Source: Candidatus Zixiibacteriota bacterium
Lineage (GTDB): Bacteria; Zixibacteria; MSB-5A5; JAABVY01; JAHJOQ01
Direction: 5' to 3'
DNA length: 64,000 nucleotides
Assembly: GCA_018820315.1 (NCBI GenBank)
Contig: JAHJOQ010000092.1
Location: 6,591 to 70,590, forward strand
How positions within the stretch are numbered: position 1 is the first letter of the stretch; every line of letters starts with the position of its first letter. Of this stretch, positions 20,262 through 30,302 are shown piece after piece. The translations under genes were made by a program, and so were the position numbers. The notes beneath the pieces are model-generated. The model searched no databases. It was not told the DNA's origin and saw only the letters and a program-made list of their open reading frames with translations.

Positions 20262-20795
20262 TCACTCACTGGTCAGTTTCACAGTCTCGACAGTTTTCGT
20301 GGTGTAGACTGCATCCCGGTCGATTTCACCATTGCCGCCACTGATCAGAAAGCCAAGCCCAAGCAGCCATGAAATAAACTTCTTGCTCTTGCCTTTGTTT
20401 TCGAGCTTGCCTGCAAGTTTGATCGGGGCTCCGTCAGTCGCCTTGAATGCTCCCTCAGCCAACAAACTGACAAATGCGACTTCGATGTAGCCCGGTTTGC
20501 CTCGCTTGCCGTTCTTCTGCACTTTCGTAACAACGGCTCTGCTGGAGGCTCCCTCGGCGACAATAGTGCTGTCATCAACGACTATCGCCTCTGCAAGAGC
20601 GAGTACCAGGGAATCACCTTTCTCCAGATTTTCTGACGATATCCTATCATCACTGACAAACCTGAGCTTGACTTCAGTGTCCTTTATAACCCTGACCGTG
20701 ATTCCAGCGTCTGCGCTGGGCACGAAGAAGGCTGCTGAGAACAGGAAAAGCAGAACTGCCGAAAAAACAAGTCTTGTGATCGTTACCATTTTCAT
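20262..20795 (-). CDS. periplasmic/secreted hypothetical protein (cleavable signal peptide, no Cys) at the distal end of the T6SS locus
   Basis: MKMVTITRLVFSAVLLFLFSAAFFVPSADA signal peptide. No lipobox. Lys-rich C-terminal amphipathic segment. Confidence 0.5.
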   Translation of the reverse strand: MKMVTITRLVFSAVLLFLFSAAFFVPSADAGITVRVIKDTEVKLRFVSDDRISSENLEKGDSLVLALAEAIVVDDSTIVAEGASSRAVVTKVQKNGKRGKPGYIEVAFVSLLAEGAFKATDGAPIKLAGKLENKGKSKKFISWLLGLGFLISGGNGEIDRDAVYTTKTVETVKLTSE

Positions 20796-20828
20796 ATTTA
20801 TGTCCCTCCGTACGTGTGAGATTGATTC

Positions 20829-23024
20829 CTATTCGAGTACCGGAAGTCTATCACCGAGGCTTGGATTGAATTGAATCTTGACACTCTTTCCGAGATTGTC
20901 GAAGACCACGCCCTTCTCCATATCAAACAGTGAGTACTTGTCATCCAGAAGAGCAATGTCGCTAGGATCCTTGCCTCTGTCGCAATTCTTGTCGGCGGCA
21001 CAGAAAACTATGTGAATGTCATCTCCTATCTTCCATTCCAGTTCCCCAGTATCACCCTGGAAAGTCTCTCCCAACTTTTCCCACTGCGGAGCCTTCCCGT
21101 CATCGGTGACTTCGATGTAGAGCGCACCCTGATCCGGAACAGTGACAACTTTGTAATTGAATGTCTGTCGTTTTTTGGACCAGTTCTTTGCCGCGCTCAG
21201 ATAGCGACTCACCTTGGCAGCGTCACTGGAACCGAGCTGCCCCTGCAGATCCTGAAGAGTCCTCACGGCGTCGTCTAAGCGGTATCCTGGTTCATTGTTC
21301 CCGTTTATCACGTCAACAAGGTCCTCAAGCTTAGATCCAGCCTGTCTTGACTCCACCACGCGTACCTTGGTCACTTTCAGAGCCTGCAGCGCACCCATCA
21401 GGGCTACTTCGCCCTTGCTCAGTTCGCCCTCGAAATATGTCTTGTCCGATTCGATCTGCTCGGTGATTTGCGATAGAGGGAGAGTGTCGGCTTTAGCATT
21501 GATATAGATCTTGAACAGGCTCCAGTACCATAGCGATCGATCACTTCTTTTGAAAAGAACGGAACTTGAGTCACCCGTATGAAACTCTGCGAGATCGCCT
21601 TCCAGCGCGATATGATTCTCGTTGAGCTTGGGGATGGTATCCTTCGGATTCGCTGTCGGCCACTGTGATGAATCTGCCACGACCGCCGCGAAACGATTTA
21701 TCGCACCATCAAGCTTCTCTATGGCATCCCGGATATTGAAGTTTCTGTAAGTCTCCGATATCGTTCTTGCCACGGGCGAGAACTTCGGAAACAGCCACTT
21801 CACCGTGAGTGCTCTCGAATACCGATCGAACTTGCTTATTATGAGTGGACGCTCCTTGTCAGTGACACTCAGATACTGGCCGGAGTGTCCTTCAAGTATG
21901 TTGTCTTCAACCTTCGTTGTCTGCGGAAGCAGGAACTGGAAGTGATACAGATTCGGAATCGAATACAGCACAATCCATAGGATGCTGACAGTGACGACAA
22001 ATCTCGTAAATTTGCGAACTCTGGTGATCGCCCGGTTCCTCATTACCGATTTCAGCATCCAGTAGAACGGTTCCTGCAGACCGACCGGTCTGAGTATCCT
22101 CGGAGGCTTGTAAATCGACCGTCCGACATCAGTGCCGACCTTCTCCGGCGATTGCCCGGTGCATGAGAGGAAGAAGACCTGGAAATTAAGCGTTCTTCGG
22201 ACGATGATCTTAAGGAACTCCTTCATCTTGACCAGAATAGTTCTGACCGATCCTGCCCATTCGGAATTTGACGCGATTTTGTTGCTGCTGAGAACTTTGT
22301 CGAGAAAAACTTCAAATTCCTCAGAGAAGAACTGCTCGTCTTCGGGGCGTACAAGTACTGTCTGGCTCTCACCTGTGAAGCCGGGGAGGACGTCCGCTTT
22401 TGTGATCACGAGCGCAACCGGAATTGGCATCTGAGAACTTAGAGGTGCCAATCGTTCCAGCATTGTGATGAAGGAGGCGACATGCGCCTGGCTTTCCAAT
22501 TCTGCGCCGAGCAGCTTGGGATCATAGAAAAACATGATGCCGTGGGCACCATCCATGAAGTCGATGACCTTCTCTTTGAGTTCACCGCCTTCCCTGATGG
22601 AGACCGCTTTGCCTTCGTAGTCATATGTCACTACAGATAGCTTCTCATCGCGATCGAGGATAGCGTTGAATTGAAGCAGTCTCTCACCTTCGGTAGGATC
22701 GGGAAACTTCTGATCGCCTCGCATGTCAACTATCGTTCCGACGGCTGAAGTGCTGCCGAGACCCCAGATGTGCCTGTAGTTGACAAGGAATTCGCTTGCT
22801 GTAGCGCTGTCTGTCACCGATATCTGAAGGTTCTTCGATACCTTGCTGTCCTCATGCAGCGTAGTGAAATAAACGGATTTGCCCGAATTTGTGTGACCAT
22901 AAACGCCGATTCGGATTCCTGAAGGCCATTTGTACTTGGCTACCGGGGCAGGCCCCTTCTTCCTGGAGGAGGCTTTGAATATCTTCTTGAAGAACTTGAA
23001 TACTTTGGTAGCTGCTTTTATCAT
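20829..23024 (-). CDS. T6SS membrane-complex candidate: N-terminal P-loop GTPase-like domain, single central TM, about 370-aa periplasmic domain (TssM/IcmF-like, shortened)
   Basis: G1 GHTNSGKS at aa 43-50 and G4-like ITKAD. TM FTRFVVTVSILWIVLYSIPNLY near aa 335. Position next to the TssL-like gene at the end of the T6SS core operon. Confidence 0.4.
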   Translation of the reverse strand: MIKAATKVFKFFKKIFKASSRKKGPAPVAKYKWPSGIRIGVYGHTNSGKSVYFTTLHEDSKVSKNLQISVTDSATASEFLVNYRHIWGLGSTSAVGTIVDMRGDQKFPDPTEGERLLQFNAILDRDEKLSVVTYDYEGKAVSIREGGELKEKVIDFMDGAHGIMFFYDPKLLGAELESQAHVASFITMLERLAPLSSQMPIPVALVITKADVLPGFTGESQTVLVRPEDEQFFSEEFEVFLDKVLSSNKIASNSEWAGSVRTILVKMKEFLKIIVRRTLNFQVFFLSCTGQSPEKVGTDVGRSIYKPPRILRPVGLQEPFYWMLKSVMRNRAITRVRKFTRFVVTVSILWIVLYSIPNLYHFQFLLPQTTKVEDNILEGHSGQYLSVTDKERPLIISKFDRYSRALTVKWLFPKFSPVARTISETYRNFNIRDAIEKLDGAINRFAAVVADSSQWPTANPKDTIPKLNENHIALEGDLAEFHTGDSSSVLFKRSDRSLWYWSLFKIYINAKADTLPLSQITEQIESDKTYFEGELSKGEVALMGALQALKVTKVRVVESRQAGSKLEDLVDVINGNNEPGYRLDDAVRTLQDLQGQLGSSDAAKVSRYLSAAKNWSKKRQTFNYKVVTVPDQGALYIEVTDDGKAPQWEKLGETFQGDTGELEWKIGDDIHIVFCAADKNCDRGKDPSDIALLDDKYSLFDMEKGVVFDNLGKSVKIQFNPSLGDRLPVLE

Positions 23025-23063
23025 GGTATGTTCACGGCACCGGATTTAGGGTCTCTGTCCGTG

Positions 23064-23987
23064 TTATCCTCCGATTCCTTCCTCTACATTCGTGGCTCTT
23101 TCTCTGAGTTGCTCAAGCTTGGTGTCGGTATATGTACTCCAGAGAACGGGAACAGCTACTGCAGCAAGAAGAAAGAGTATGATGATCATCGAGTAAAACA
23201 AATATGCCGGCTTGCGCTGCGAGATAATCAATCTCAGGTAACGTCCACTCAGGAACGCTCCTTTGATCTTACGGAACAGCTCACCGAACCAGCCAGCAAC
23301 TCGTGCCCAGAAATCGCCTTTCTTCAGGTAACCCCACTCCGACAACAACTGCTTAAAGAGTCTATTCTTCGAACCGAGCTTCGTGAATGAATCGATCCTC
23401 AGCAGGTGAAACTCGAGGGATGCTCTGTCCTTAAGGAGATCCTCACCGAGTTCCTGGCGTCGCCGAGCAAGCTCAAGAAACTTCATCGGATCGCTCATCG
23501 AATTGAATGCCTCAGGCGTGAGGTCGCCTCTCAGGCGCTTGCCGAAGGTGTTAAGGAATCGGGCTATCTCCCGCAGGAAAAATGCGTTTAACTGATAGTT
23601 GTCTTTAAGGCTTCCCGGTTTGCAGAGCATGGGTACGAGGTGATTCTCGAAGAATGGCACATCCTGCTTCACGGCTCTGAGCCCGCGGCAATGCGAATAG
23701 GCTTGATTCGAACGGCCGTCAGTATCCGCCTCAGACTCGAAGTACGTGATAAGTATCTGGACTGCAAACTGCCTGAGGTCCGATGTTGTCAGAGGATTCT
23801 CTCGCACCCGGTCAAGCAGAAAGTAATCAAGCTCGACAGCCTGGTCGCGCTGCTGACGAAGCGGCTGGAAGACAGTATAGACACCGTTGTAGGTCTGAAA
23901 GAACGCTTCAGTCTTGAAGCTCGAGTACTTAGTCTCGTAAGTGTTGATGTATTTAAATAAGTCTTCTACGTAGTTCTTCATTTTCAT
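23064..23987 (-). CDS. T6SS membrane-complex candidate: cytoplasmic domain with single C-terminal TM anchor (TssL/DotU-like architecture)
   Basis: 307 aa, soluble about 260-aa N-terminal domain. Then YLFYSMIIILFLLAAVAVPVLW TM and a short tail, as in tail-anchored TssL. Placed directly after tssK. Confidence 0.4.
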   Translation of the reverse strand: MKMKNYVEDLFKYINTYETKYSSFKTEAFFQTYNGVYTVFQPLRQQRDQAVELDYFLLDRVRENPLTTSDLRQFAVQILITYFESEADTDGRSNQAYSHCRGLRAVKQDVPFFENHLVPMLCKPGSLKDNYQLNAFFLREIARFLNTFGKRLRGDLTPEAFNSMSDPMKFLELARRRQELGEDLLKDRASLEFHLLRIDSFTKLGSKNRLFKQLLSEWGYLKKGDFWARVAGWFGELFRKIKGAFLSGRYLRLIISQRKPAYLFYSMIIILFLLAAVAVPVLWSTYTDTKLEQLRERATNVEEGIGG

Positions 23988-24009
23988 GGCTTCCTTGCCT
24001 GGTCAATTG

Positions 24010-25458
24010 TCAGACTGCATATATCATAAGATCAAGCTTGCCGAGTCCGGAGAACTTCTTCGGATCGCCAACTCCCCTAAATATCAAAGTAACCTTGTTC
24101 ACAGATGGCGACTGGAGCATATCCTGCGGCCGCAGCGCGACCTTCGCGCCGAAGGTGACAGCGTCAACCTTAACCGGATCTGTCTCGCCCAAGCCTCTGG
24201 CCTCATTGACTCCGAACCTGACCTGCATATTGGTCCATTCCGCTGTGCTGAACAAGTCTTTGGACATCAGAACGACTGTGTCCGAAACAGCCTGAGGATT
24301 CTCGATGTTTATCAGCAGGTAGCTGAGCTCTCCAACCTGTTCCAGATTGCACGACTGGAATGGGACCAGTCTGTATGTACGGTTGTTATATGTCAGGCTG
24401 TCTTCAGCGGAGGCCTCTCTTCCAAGTTCATCTTTCCTGATCTGAGCCAAGAAGCCAAGCACGCCCCGGAGATCGCTCAGGATTGAGTCGATCATGCCCA
24501 CCTGGTCCCTGATATTCTGGTGGTCGTACTCAGAAAGCAGAAATGAGTCTATCGCAGCCATGAACCTGCCTACGTCAGTGCTTCGCTCCTTCGTGAAGTG
24601 CTTCTCGTTCAGATAGTCCTTCAGGCCGGGCTGTAGATTTAAAAGAGTAGCGAGAACACGGAACAGACTCTTGAAATGAACCACCATGCTGAGCGGGTGC
24701 GATGCGTTCCTGCCAAGTACGAAGCTGTCGAGAGTAGAGGAAATGTGATATGCCATCAAGAAGACAGTATCCTTGAATGCTGCCTGAAGATCAGTCTTCT
24801 CGCCAGCGAGTAATCCCTCAGTCGTTATAGCTGCAAAGGCTCGAGACGACAGTGAGAGCAGACTCTCAAGCCTGTTGCGGAAGTCCGTTGCGGTCTTAAG
24901 CAAATTTTCGTCGGCATTGATCGTCACACAAGGCGGACAATATCCAACGGAGAAGTGTGCTTCTGATCCCGTAACCTTTAGTTCAGCAACCTGCACGAAC
25001 ATACTTTCGGGCATATTCGGCCTTTTCCCCAAATGAAGGCCATATCCTGCCGCCAAATAGGGCATCCTCGGGATCTCCTCCTCAGGATCAGGATCTCCAA
25101 CCTCTCGCTTCTCCGATGGCTTTACGCTGATGTAAACCGGCATTGGACCGTCCGTTAGATCAGTCTCCGCCTTCAAGCTCAGTTTCTCTGACTCGCTGAT
25201 GTCAATATAGCTGCCATTCGGAGTCAGTGCCTGACAGCGCGTAATGGTGACTCGCAGTTTGTCGCCACTGGCCATCATATCAATGCTCAGTGCAGGCTTG
25301 CCAGACAGTGACTTCCGTACCAAGCCGTAGCTGTCGGCAACATCGAGATTGTGCCAGCGTGCTAGATCTTCAAAGTAGCTTTCCTGGTCCTTGAGATGCT
25401 GCTGGGTTATCAGCATCCCATCCTTCCAGTTTACAGAATATAACTTCAAGTCACTCAT
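24010..25458 (-). CDS. tssK: type VI secretion system baseplate subunit TssK
   Basis: N-terminus KLYSVNWKDGMLITQQHLKDQE matches the TssK shoulder-domain signature (W.EGM.L.PQHF). 482 aa. Sits between tssG and the TssL-like gene. Confidence 0.62.
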   Translation of the reverse strand: MSDLKLYSVNWKDGMLITQQHLKDQESYFEDLARWHNLDVADSYGLVRKSLSGKPALSIDMMASGDKLRVTITRCQALTPNGSYIDISESEKLSLKAETDLTDGPMPVYISVKPSEKREVGDPDPEEEIPRMPYLAAGYGLHLGKRPNMPESMFVQVAELKVTGSEAHFSVGYCPPCVTINADENLLKTATDFRNRLESLLSLSSRAFAAITTEGLLAGEKTDLQAAFKDTVFLMAYHISSTLDSFVLGRNASHPLSMVVHFKSLFRVLATLLNLQPGLKDYLNEKHFTKERSTDVGRFMAAIDSFLLSEYDHQNIRDQVGMIDSILSDLRGVLGFLAQIRKDELGREASAEDSLTYNNRTYRLVPFQSCNLEQVGELSYLLINIENPQAVSDTVVLMSKDLFSTAEWTNMQVRFGVNEARGLGETDPVKVDAVTFGAKVALRPQDMLQSPSVNKVTLIFRGVGDPKKFSGLGKLDLMIYAV

Positions 25459-25528
25459 GGCATTGCCTCTATCGTTAATCCGAAAATTTACTGATGCTCA
25501 TAGAAGATGTCAAGGTTAATATCTCATG

Positions 25529-26437
25529 CTATACATAACTGGAATAGCCGAGATAACCACAATCTGCTTTTCTCCCGATCTGCATACGTTTTTGCTCGCC
25601 CATAACTTTTATTTGGCTGACAAGATTGCTTGGCATGCACAGGTCGAGCGCTCTTTCCACTTTTTCTCTTATACGCCCACCCGGCACAAACTCGCCGATG
25701 TCTTCAGTCTTCACATCTCTGATGATGACGTCATAGGCAGAATCGCACTCTGAAAATGACCGTCCCACGAGCGAGTTCACCGCGAGTCTGCTCTCTGCCG
25801 ACCCAAGACTGAAACAAATCCCTCTCGCTATTTCAAATGTTGATGACACGTTCTCGATGATTTGACACTCATATCCGGCCAGATGCGTGAGAACCTTCTC
25901 GACCAACTCAGCATTGCCTGCCCAATGATGGTACATGGGGAGAAGAGTGAACCAAAACATAAGCTCCGAAAATGAACCTGAATGTCGATCGGAATCAAAG
26001 TCGAATAACTTGAGAAAGCGGTGAAGATGCTCCTCTTCGACAAAACTAAGGCTGAATGTGAGAGCATCTCTCTTCGCAATGGACGTGTATCTTATCACCG
26101 AAGCATCAAAAGGTGCCATCAGTTTCCGGGATTGCATATCCCAATCGTCGGTGCGGGCAGTGGAGCCACTGAGTCCGTAAAAGAACTGATACGGCATATA
26201 ATCAACTGCACTATTGTAGCCTATCATCAGGACAATTTTGGAGCCAGGCCCGACTGGAGTTCCCGCCGAAGGATTCTGTTCAATAACTTCGCCCTTGTAG
26301 TTTTCGTACTCGCCGACAGCAAGTATATCTACACTGCGGATATCAATGCAGGTCTTGCCGAGAATGTTGAGAGCAGTGGCGAAGTGAAGCGGGTGCCGTC
26401 TACTGCAGAGCTCAGGCATTATCATTTCATCGGTCAT
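25529..26437 (-). CDS. tssG: T6SS baseplate subunit TssG-like (gp7/gp53-like), assigned mainly by size and position
   Basis: 302 aa. 4-nt overlap with the upstream tssF-like gene. Canonical tssE-F-G order. Confidence 0.4.
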   Translation of the reverse strand: MTDEMIMPELCSRRHPLHFATALNILGKTCIDIRSVDILAVGEYENYKGEVIEQNPSAGTPVGPGSKIVLMIGYNSAVDYMPYQFFYGLSGSTARTDDWDMQSRKLMAPFDASVIRYTSIAKRDALTFSLSFVEEEHLHRFLKLFDFDSDRHSGSFSELMFWFTLLPMYHHWAGNAELVEKVLTHLAGYECQIIENVSSTFEIARGICFSLGSAESRLAVNSLVGRSFSECDSAYDVIIRDVKTEDIGEFVPGGRIREKVERALDLCMPSNLVSQIKVMGEQKRMQIGRKADCGYLGYSSYV

Positions 26438-28104
26438 TGACGAGTGATCTCCACTTTGTACTGGGTGTTCACCGGCGACTTGGCCTTAAGGAAACTCGTC
26501 AGCCTAATGCGAAGCAACGCCACCTCATCTTCCGATAGAAAGTCATCCGCCTTCACGGTGGCGGTAACCGCTATACATCGGCGGACACCGCGTTTGGTTC
26601 TCTCCGTAGAGTTGCGGCACTCGGCCTTCTGTATTCTCGGATCGAATGTTCTCGTCCAGGCCGAGATCTCTTTGAAATTGACTGCGCGATCACGACTGCG
26701 CAACCTTCCAGTTGCTTCGATCATGATCTGCTCCGCAGTCTTAGCCGGAACGCCCCCTCGGGTGGGGAGGATGTTCGTCACAGCCGTCAGTCCGGGATGC
26801 TTCTCGTAAAGCTCATCAATCTTGCCCGCCTCTATCCCGTTCGCCCTGTTCTCCGCAGTTACAGAGTAGTTGACGGTAAGTGAATCGGGAGGGGGTTCGA
26901 AGAAGGGTGAGAAATCGAACCAGAGAACTTGACGATCTTCCCGCTCTTCGATTGAATAAACACGCGGCGACTTCTCCGTCTGGACCTCGTAGCTGGGTAG
27001 ATATGTCCTGCCGGAAGAATCAGTCACTTCCACGATTTCGAGCACACTTGAACTGCGATCCGGAAGTTCTATCTCGACAAGCATGTTACCGCCTGTATGT
27101 TTGAAAAGCGTCAGTTCGTTTTTGTTTGTTGCGACGAAGCAATTGAACCTGATTCCGAAACGAGATGTCAATTTGCCCCTGTCGCCCCCTTCGGGAAGAT
27201 CAAGCCTCATCCAGAAGAGGTCCTTTTCCGATGCAGTGATCTCGATTCCATTCTTGAACATCAAATCAGCTATCTCGCGATTCGCAGGACCCCTTTCCCA
27301 CGCCGACACAAAGCTCTCGGTAGGAATCACAAAGCTGTCTTCGAGGGGACTGTACAGGTCACCGCTGGAGCGCAGCCCACCCCAATCCGGAGTGGATTCA
27401 TCATCGTATCTGAAGATATCTTCGATGGATGTCTCCAGCCCAGGGCAGAATCGATTCACGGTGGAAAACGCTCCAGACTCCATACCGGGACACCAGTATG
27501 ACCATCGTAGCTGCCTGAGTACTTCGGATGATCCGTTCAGATATATTAGTGAGTCCTTGAAATCGGAAGCGATGCCCGAGTATTCGATCGCAACATAAAT
27601 CCGGTCGGCTACAATCGATGAAGCGGAGCCTGCTTTGTGCCCAGCCTGCGAGACAGGGGGGAGATCTTCGCAGACATCCTTCAGCTCGTCACCGTATCGT
27701 AACAGGACATGCCTAACCTTTGCGGACATTAGTTTCTCTGTCCGATGCGGCGAAAAGAAGAATGTCTCGCCCCCATCGCGTTTTTCTCTGTAAATGAAAA
27801 GCGTCCGAGGATCGACTTCGACAGTCGGATCGGTCAATTCACAGCTCATGATCGTGAATGCCGGCACTGGCCAGCGCTTACATTCCGGGAACAGGGATCT
27901 GATCAGTGAGCTCTTGGCGACTTCCCAGACCGACATTACCCGATCTTCGATTCTCTCCAGTTGATGCGCTTGCATCTGGAGTAGCATTCGCAGGATCGGG
28001 TCCAACCGCTCCGATGACTCAGGAACGTCGGGATTCCACTTCCGGAGTTCCCGATGCATCTCTGCAAAAATCTCATCTTTGTTTCTCGATTTCTCAGTCT
28101 TCAT
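26434..28104 (-). CDS. tssF: T6SS baseplate subunit TssF-like (gp6/baseplate-J-like), assigned by size and position
   Basis: 556 aa, immediately downstream of gp25-like tssE and upstream of the tssG-like gene. Confidence 0.42.
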   Translation of the reverse strand: MKTEKSRNKDEIFAEMHRELRKWNPDVPESSERLDPILRMLLQMQAHQLERIEDRVMSVWEVAKSSLIRSLFPECKRWPVPAFTIMSCELTDPTVEVDPRTLFIYREKRDGGETFFFSPHRTEKLMSAKVRHVLLRYGDELKDVCEDLPPVSQAGHKAGSASSIVADRIYVAIEYSGIASDFKDSLIYLNGSSEVLRQLRWSYWCPGMESGAFSTVNRFCPGLETSIEDIFRYDDESTPDWGGLRSSGDLYSPLEDSFVIPTESFVSAWERGPANREIADLMFKNGIEITASEKDLFWMRLDLPEGGDRGKLTSRFGIRFNCFVATNKNELTLFKHTGGNMLVEIELPDRSSSVLEIVEVTDSSGRTYLPSYEVQTEKSPRVYSIEEREDRQVLWFDFSPFFEPPPDSLTVNYSVTAENRANGIEAGKIDELYEKHPGLTAVTNILPTRGGVPAKTAEQIMIEATGRLRSRDRAVNFKEISAWTRTFDPRIQKAECRNSTERTKRGVRRCIAVTATVKADDFLSEDEVALLRIRLTSFLKAKSPVNTQYKVEITRQ

Positions 28105-28127
28105 CGCGAATAGCTTTCGTCCAGAGC

Positions 28128-28502
28128 CTAACCAATCACAAAGGTGCCCTCAAACTTCTTCTCTTCATCGTTATCACGGTAGCTGCCGGAGACTTTGATT
28201 GCAAGTCCTATTGGATGTGAGTTCGACCCCTCCACATTTGCGAAAGAGACCGACACATTGTAGAGCATTTTCTGGGATCGGTCAATTGCATTGCGTAGAC
28301 CTGCTCTGATATCGGATTTGTTGGCGGTATAGAGGTCGGAATATTCTTTGTCCCAAATTTCGCAGCCGTATCCCGGATCGAATGGTATTGAGCCGACTCT
28401 TGTGGAAAGAATCAGCCCGATAGAGTATCTTATTGATTCATCGAGCGCCGCTCTGGAGAGATAGCCCTCTCTCAGTACCAGAGGTAGTGACAGGTATTCC
28501 AT
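28128..28502 (-). CDS. tssE: T6SS baseplate wedge protein TssE (GPW/gp25 family)
   Basis: ESIRYSIGLILSTRVGSIPFDPGYGCEIWD matches the gp25 lysozyme-like core motif. 124 aa. Confidence 0.7.
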   Translation of the reverse strand: MEYLSLPLVLREGYLSRAALDESIRYSIGLILSTRVGSIPFDPGYGCEIWDKEYSDLYTANKSDIRAGLRNAIDRSQKMLYNVSVSFANVEGSNSHPIGLAIKVSGSYRDNDEEKKFEGTFVIG

Positions 28503-28512
28503 TGAGTAGTCA

Positions 28513-30231
28513 TCAGTTCAGTTTTATTGGATTGCCCTTAACATTCACCATTGCACCTTCTGCGTCGAAGGTCCCGGATGCCTTGCTCTCGAAATTAGCC
28601 GAAGCCTGAAGCTTCATATTGGCGCTGGATTTCATTTCGAGATCGGTTCCTGCCTCGACAGTGACCTTCTCGTCAGTTTTCAGCTTTATATTCTTGCCCT
28701 CGATCGAAATGTCACCATCTATGCTCTTAATTGTTATACTCGGTCCATCCATGGTTAGAATTATCTGATTGGCGCCATCAGGCGACGTTATTTCTATAGA
28801 CTCCTTGCCCGATTCATCATTGAATATAATCTCGTTTCCTGACTTTGTCGTGAACAGCTTGATTAGATTCTCTTCACTATTCGCTTTCGAATGTGGAGCG
28901 CCCTCGGAATTGTAAACCGAGCCGACCACCACTGGCCTCGATGGATCGCCGAATTCGAAGCCGACAAGGACTTCGTCATTGAGTTCCGGTATCCAGAAGG
29001 ATCCCCGATCTGAGCCAGCGTGCATTGTGGCATAACGCACCCAAGGTGTTTCATCGGAACCGCTCCAGGGAAACTTCACCTTTATTCGACCGAGCATATC
29101 CGGGTCATGGTTGTTGACAACGATTGCTGGCTGTAATTGAGTAATTTGGGGAGCCTTTCGGGACATGCCGGGAAAAGCCAGATCAAGAGGAGTGCATATG
29201 AATGTATTATGGTACTTCCCACTTTCATCAAAAATATGCTTTACGCCCTTGACCCAATAAGGTCGGTTAATCAGATCAGCCATCTCTCTGACAGTGATGG
29301 TATGACCGACCGCAACAGTCGGCATGATCGACTGTCCCTGGCAATTAATCATCCTGCCCATAGCGCTGGAACGAGCCGTCGTGAGAACCTGATCCAGCGA
29401 TCTTGAATCCGAAACCACAGGGGATTCTACAAAGCTGGGACTATCATATACTTGTGCCGAGGCAGTGGGGGAGAGGTCGGAGAGATCGGAGAGAGCGGCG
29501 GTCCTTGAGATAGATGAGGAATCATTGGAATAGCTTCTCGTCTGCTCATAGTTGTATACGGTCGACTTGAATTCCATTTGCTGAGTGCCGACGCCAAGCG
29601 CGAAGGCTCCAAGCGTCTGCCTCCATATCAGATCTTCATTCTCACGGCTGGAGGCTTCGATCAGTTTGAACTCTCCGCCATCATAATGAGCGAACTTGCC
29701 ATCTACACAGGCAAGCCTTTGGATGAAATCCCAGTCTGTTTCGCGGTATTGTACAACGAAGTTCAGGGTCCTGGCTGATGATTCCATATTTCCAACCGTT
29801 ATGGGATAGCCTCTGACCAATGCACCGATTATATCGCTTGCTGAGATTTCGTGATACAGTGCATTGCGCTTGCAGTCTTCCATCGCAATCGTCGGGCTGT
29901 GCGCCGTCACAATCACTCTGTTTAGCCCATCTATGCTGTTGTCAAGGCTGACTTCGGTGACAACTCCAATAAATTCGAGTTCCTTGGAGGCGTCGACCGT
30001 GCCACCAGTCGGAGATATTGTTACTGCGATGGATTGACCGAGGAAGTTTGTATATGTGCTCGGATCGTCAAAGTCAGCGGTGGCAGCCGTACGAGCGACT
30101 CTCTTGATTGTTACTTTTAGTACGTGATGGTCATTAATGGATTGGTTTAATTCAACCCCGGATATGAGATGGCGAATTTCGTTACCGGCGATTCTGATTT
30201 GGCAGTCAGCTGGGGTTTCGAGTACAGGCAT
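28513..30231 (-). CDS. vgrG: T6SS spike protein VgrG (TssI; gp27/gp5-like)
   Basis: Conserved gp5 OB-fold block HAGSDRGSFWIPELNDEVLVGFEFGDPSRPVVVGSVYN. 572 aa. C-terminal beta-helix-like repeats (SITIKSIDGDISIEGKNIKL...). Confidence 0.8.
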   Translation of the reverse strand: MPVLETPADCQIRIAGNEIRHLISGVELNQSINDHHVLKVTIKRVARTAATADFDDPSTYTNFLGQSIAVTISPTGGTVDASKELEFIGVVTEVSLDNSIDGLNRVIVTAHSPTIAMEDCKRNALYHEISASDIIGALVRGYPITVGNMESSARTLNFVVQYRETDWDFIQRLACVDGKFAHYDGGEFKLIEASSRENEDLIWRQTLGAFALGVGTQQMEFKSTVYNYEQTRSYSNDSSSISRTAALSDLSDLSPTASAQVYDSPSFVESPVVSDSRSLDQVLTTARSSAMGRMINCQGQSIMPTVAVGHTITVREMADLINRPYWVKGVKHIFDESGKYHNTFICTPLDLAFPGMSRKAPQITQLQPAIVVNNHDPDMLGRIKVKFPWSGSDETPWVRYATMHAGSDRGSFWIPELNDEVLVGFEFGDPSRPVVVGSVYNSEGAPHSKANSEENLIKLFTTKSGNEIIFNDESGKESIEITSPDGANQIILTMDGPSITIKSIDGDISIEGKNIKLKTDEKVTVEAGTDLEMKSSANMKLQASANFESKASGTFDAEGAMVNVKGNPIKLN

Positions 30232-30302
30232 ATGAACCTTTATTCAGATAATTGTCAGCCGGGCAGGGGATGTCCTCCTGCCCGGGCATAATCGAAAGAA
30301 AC

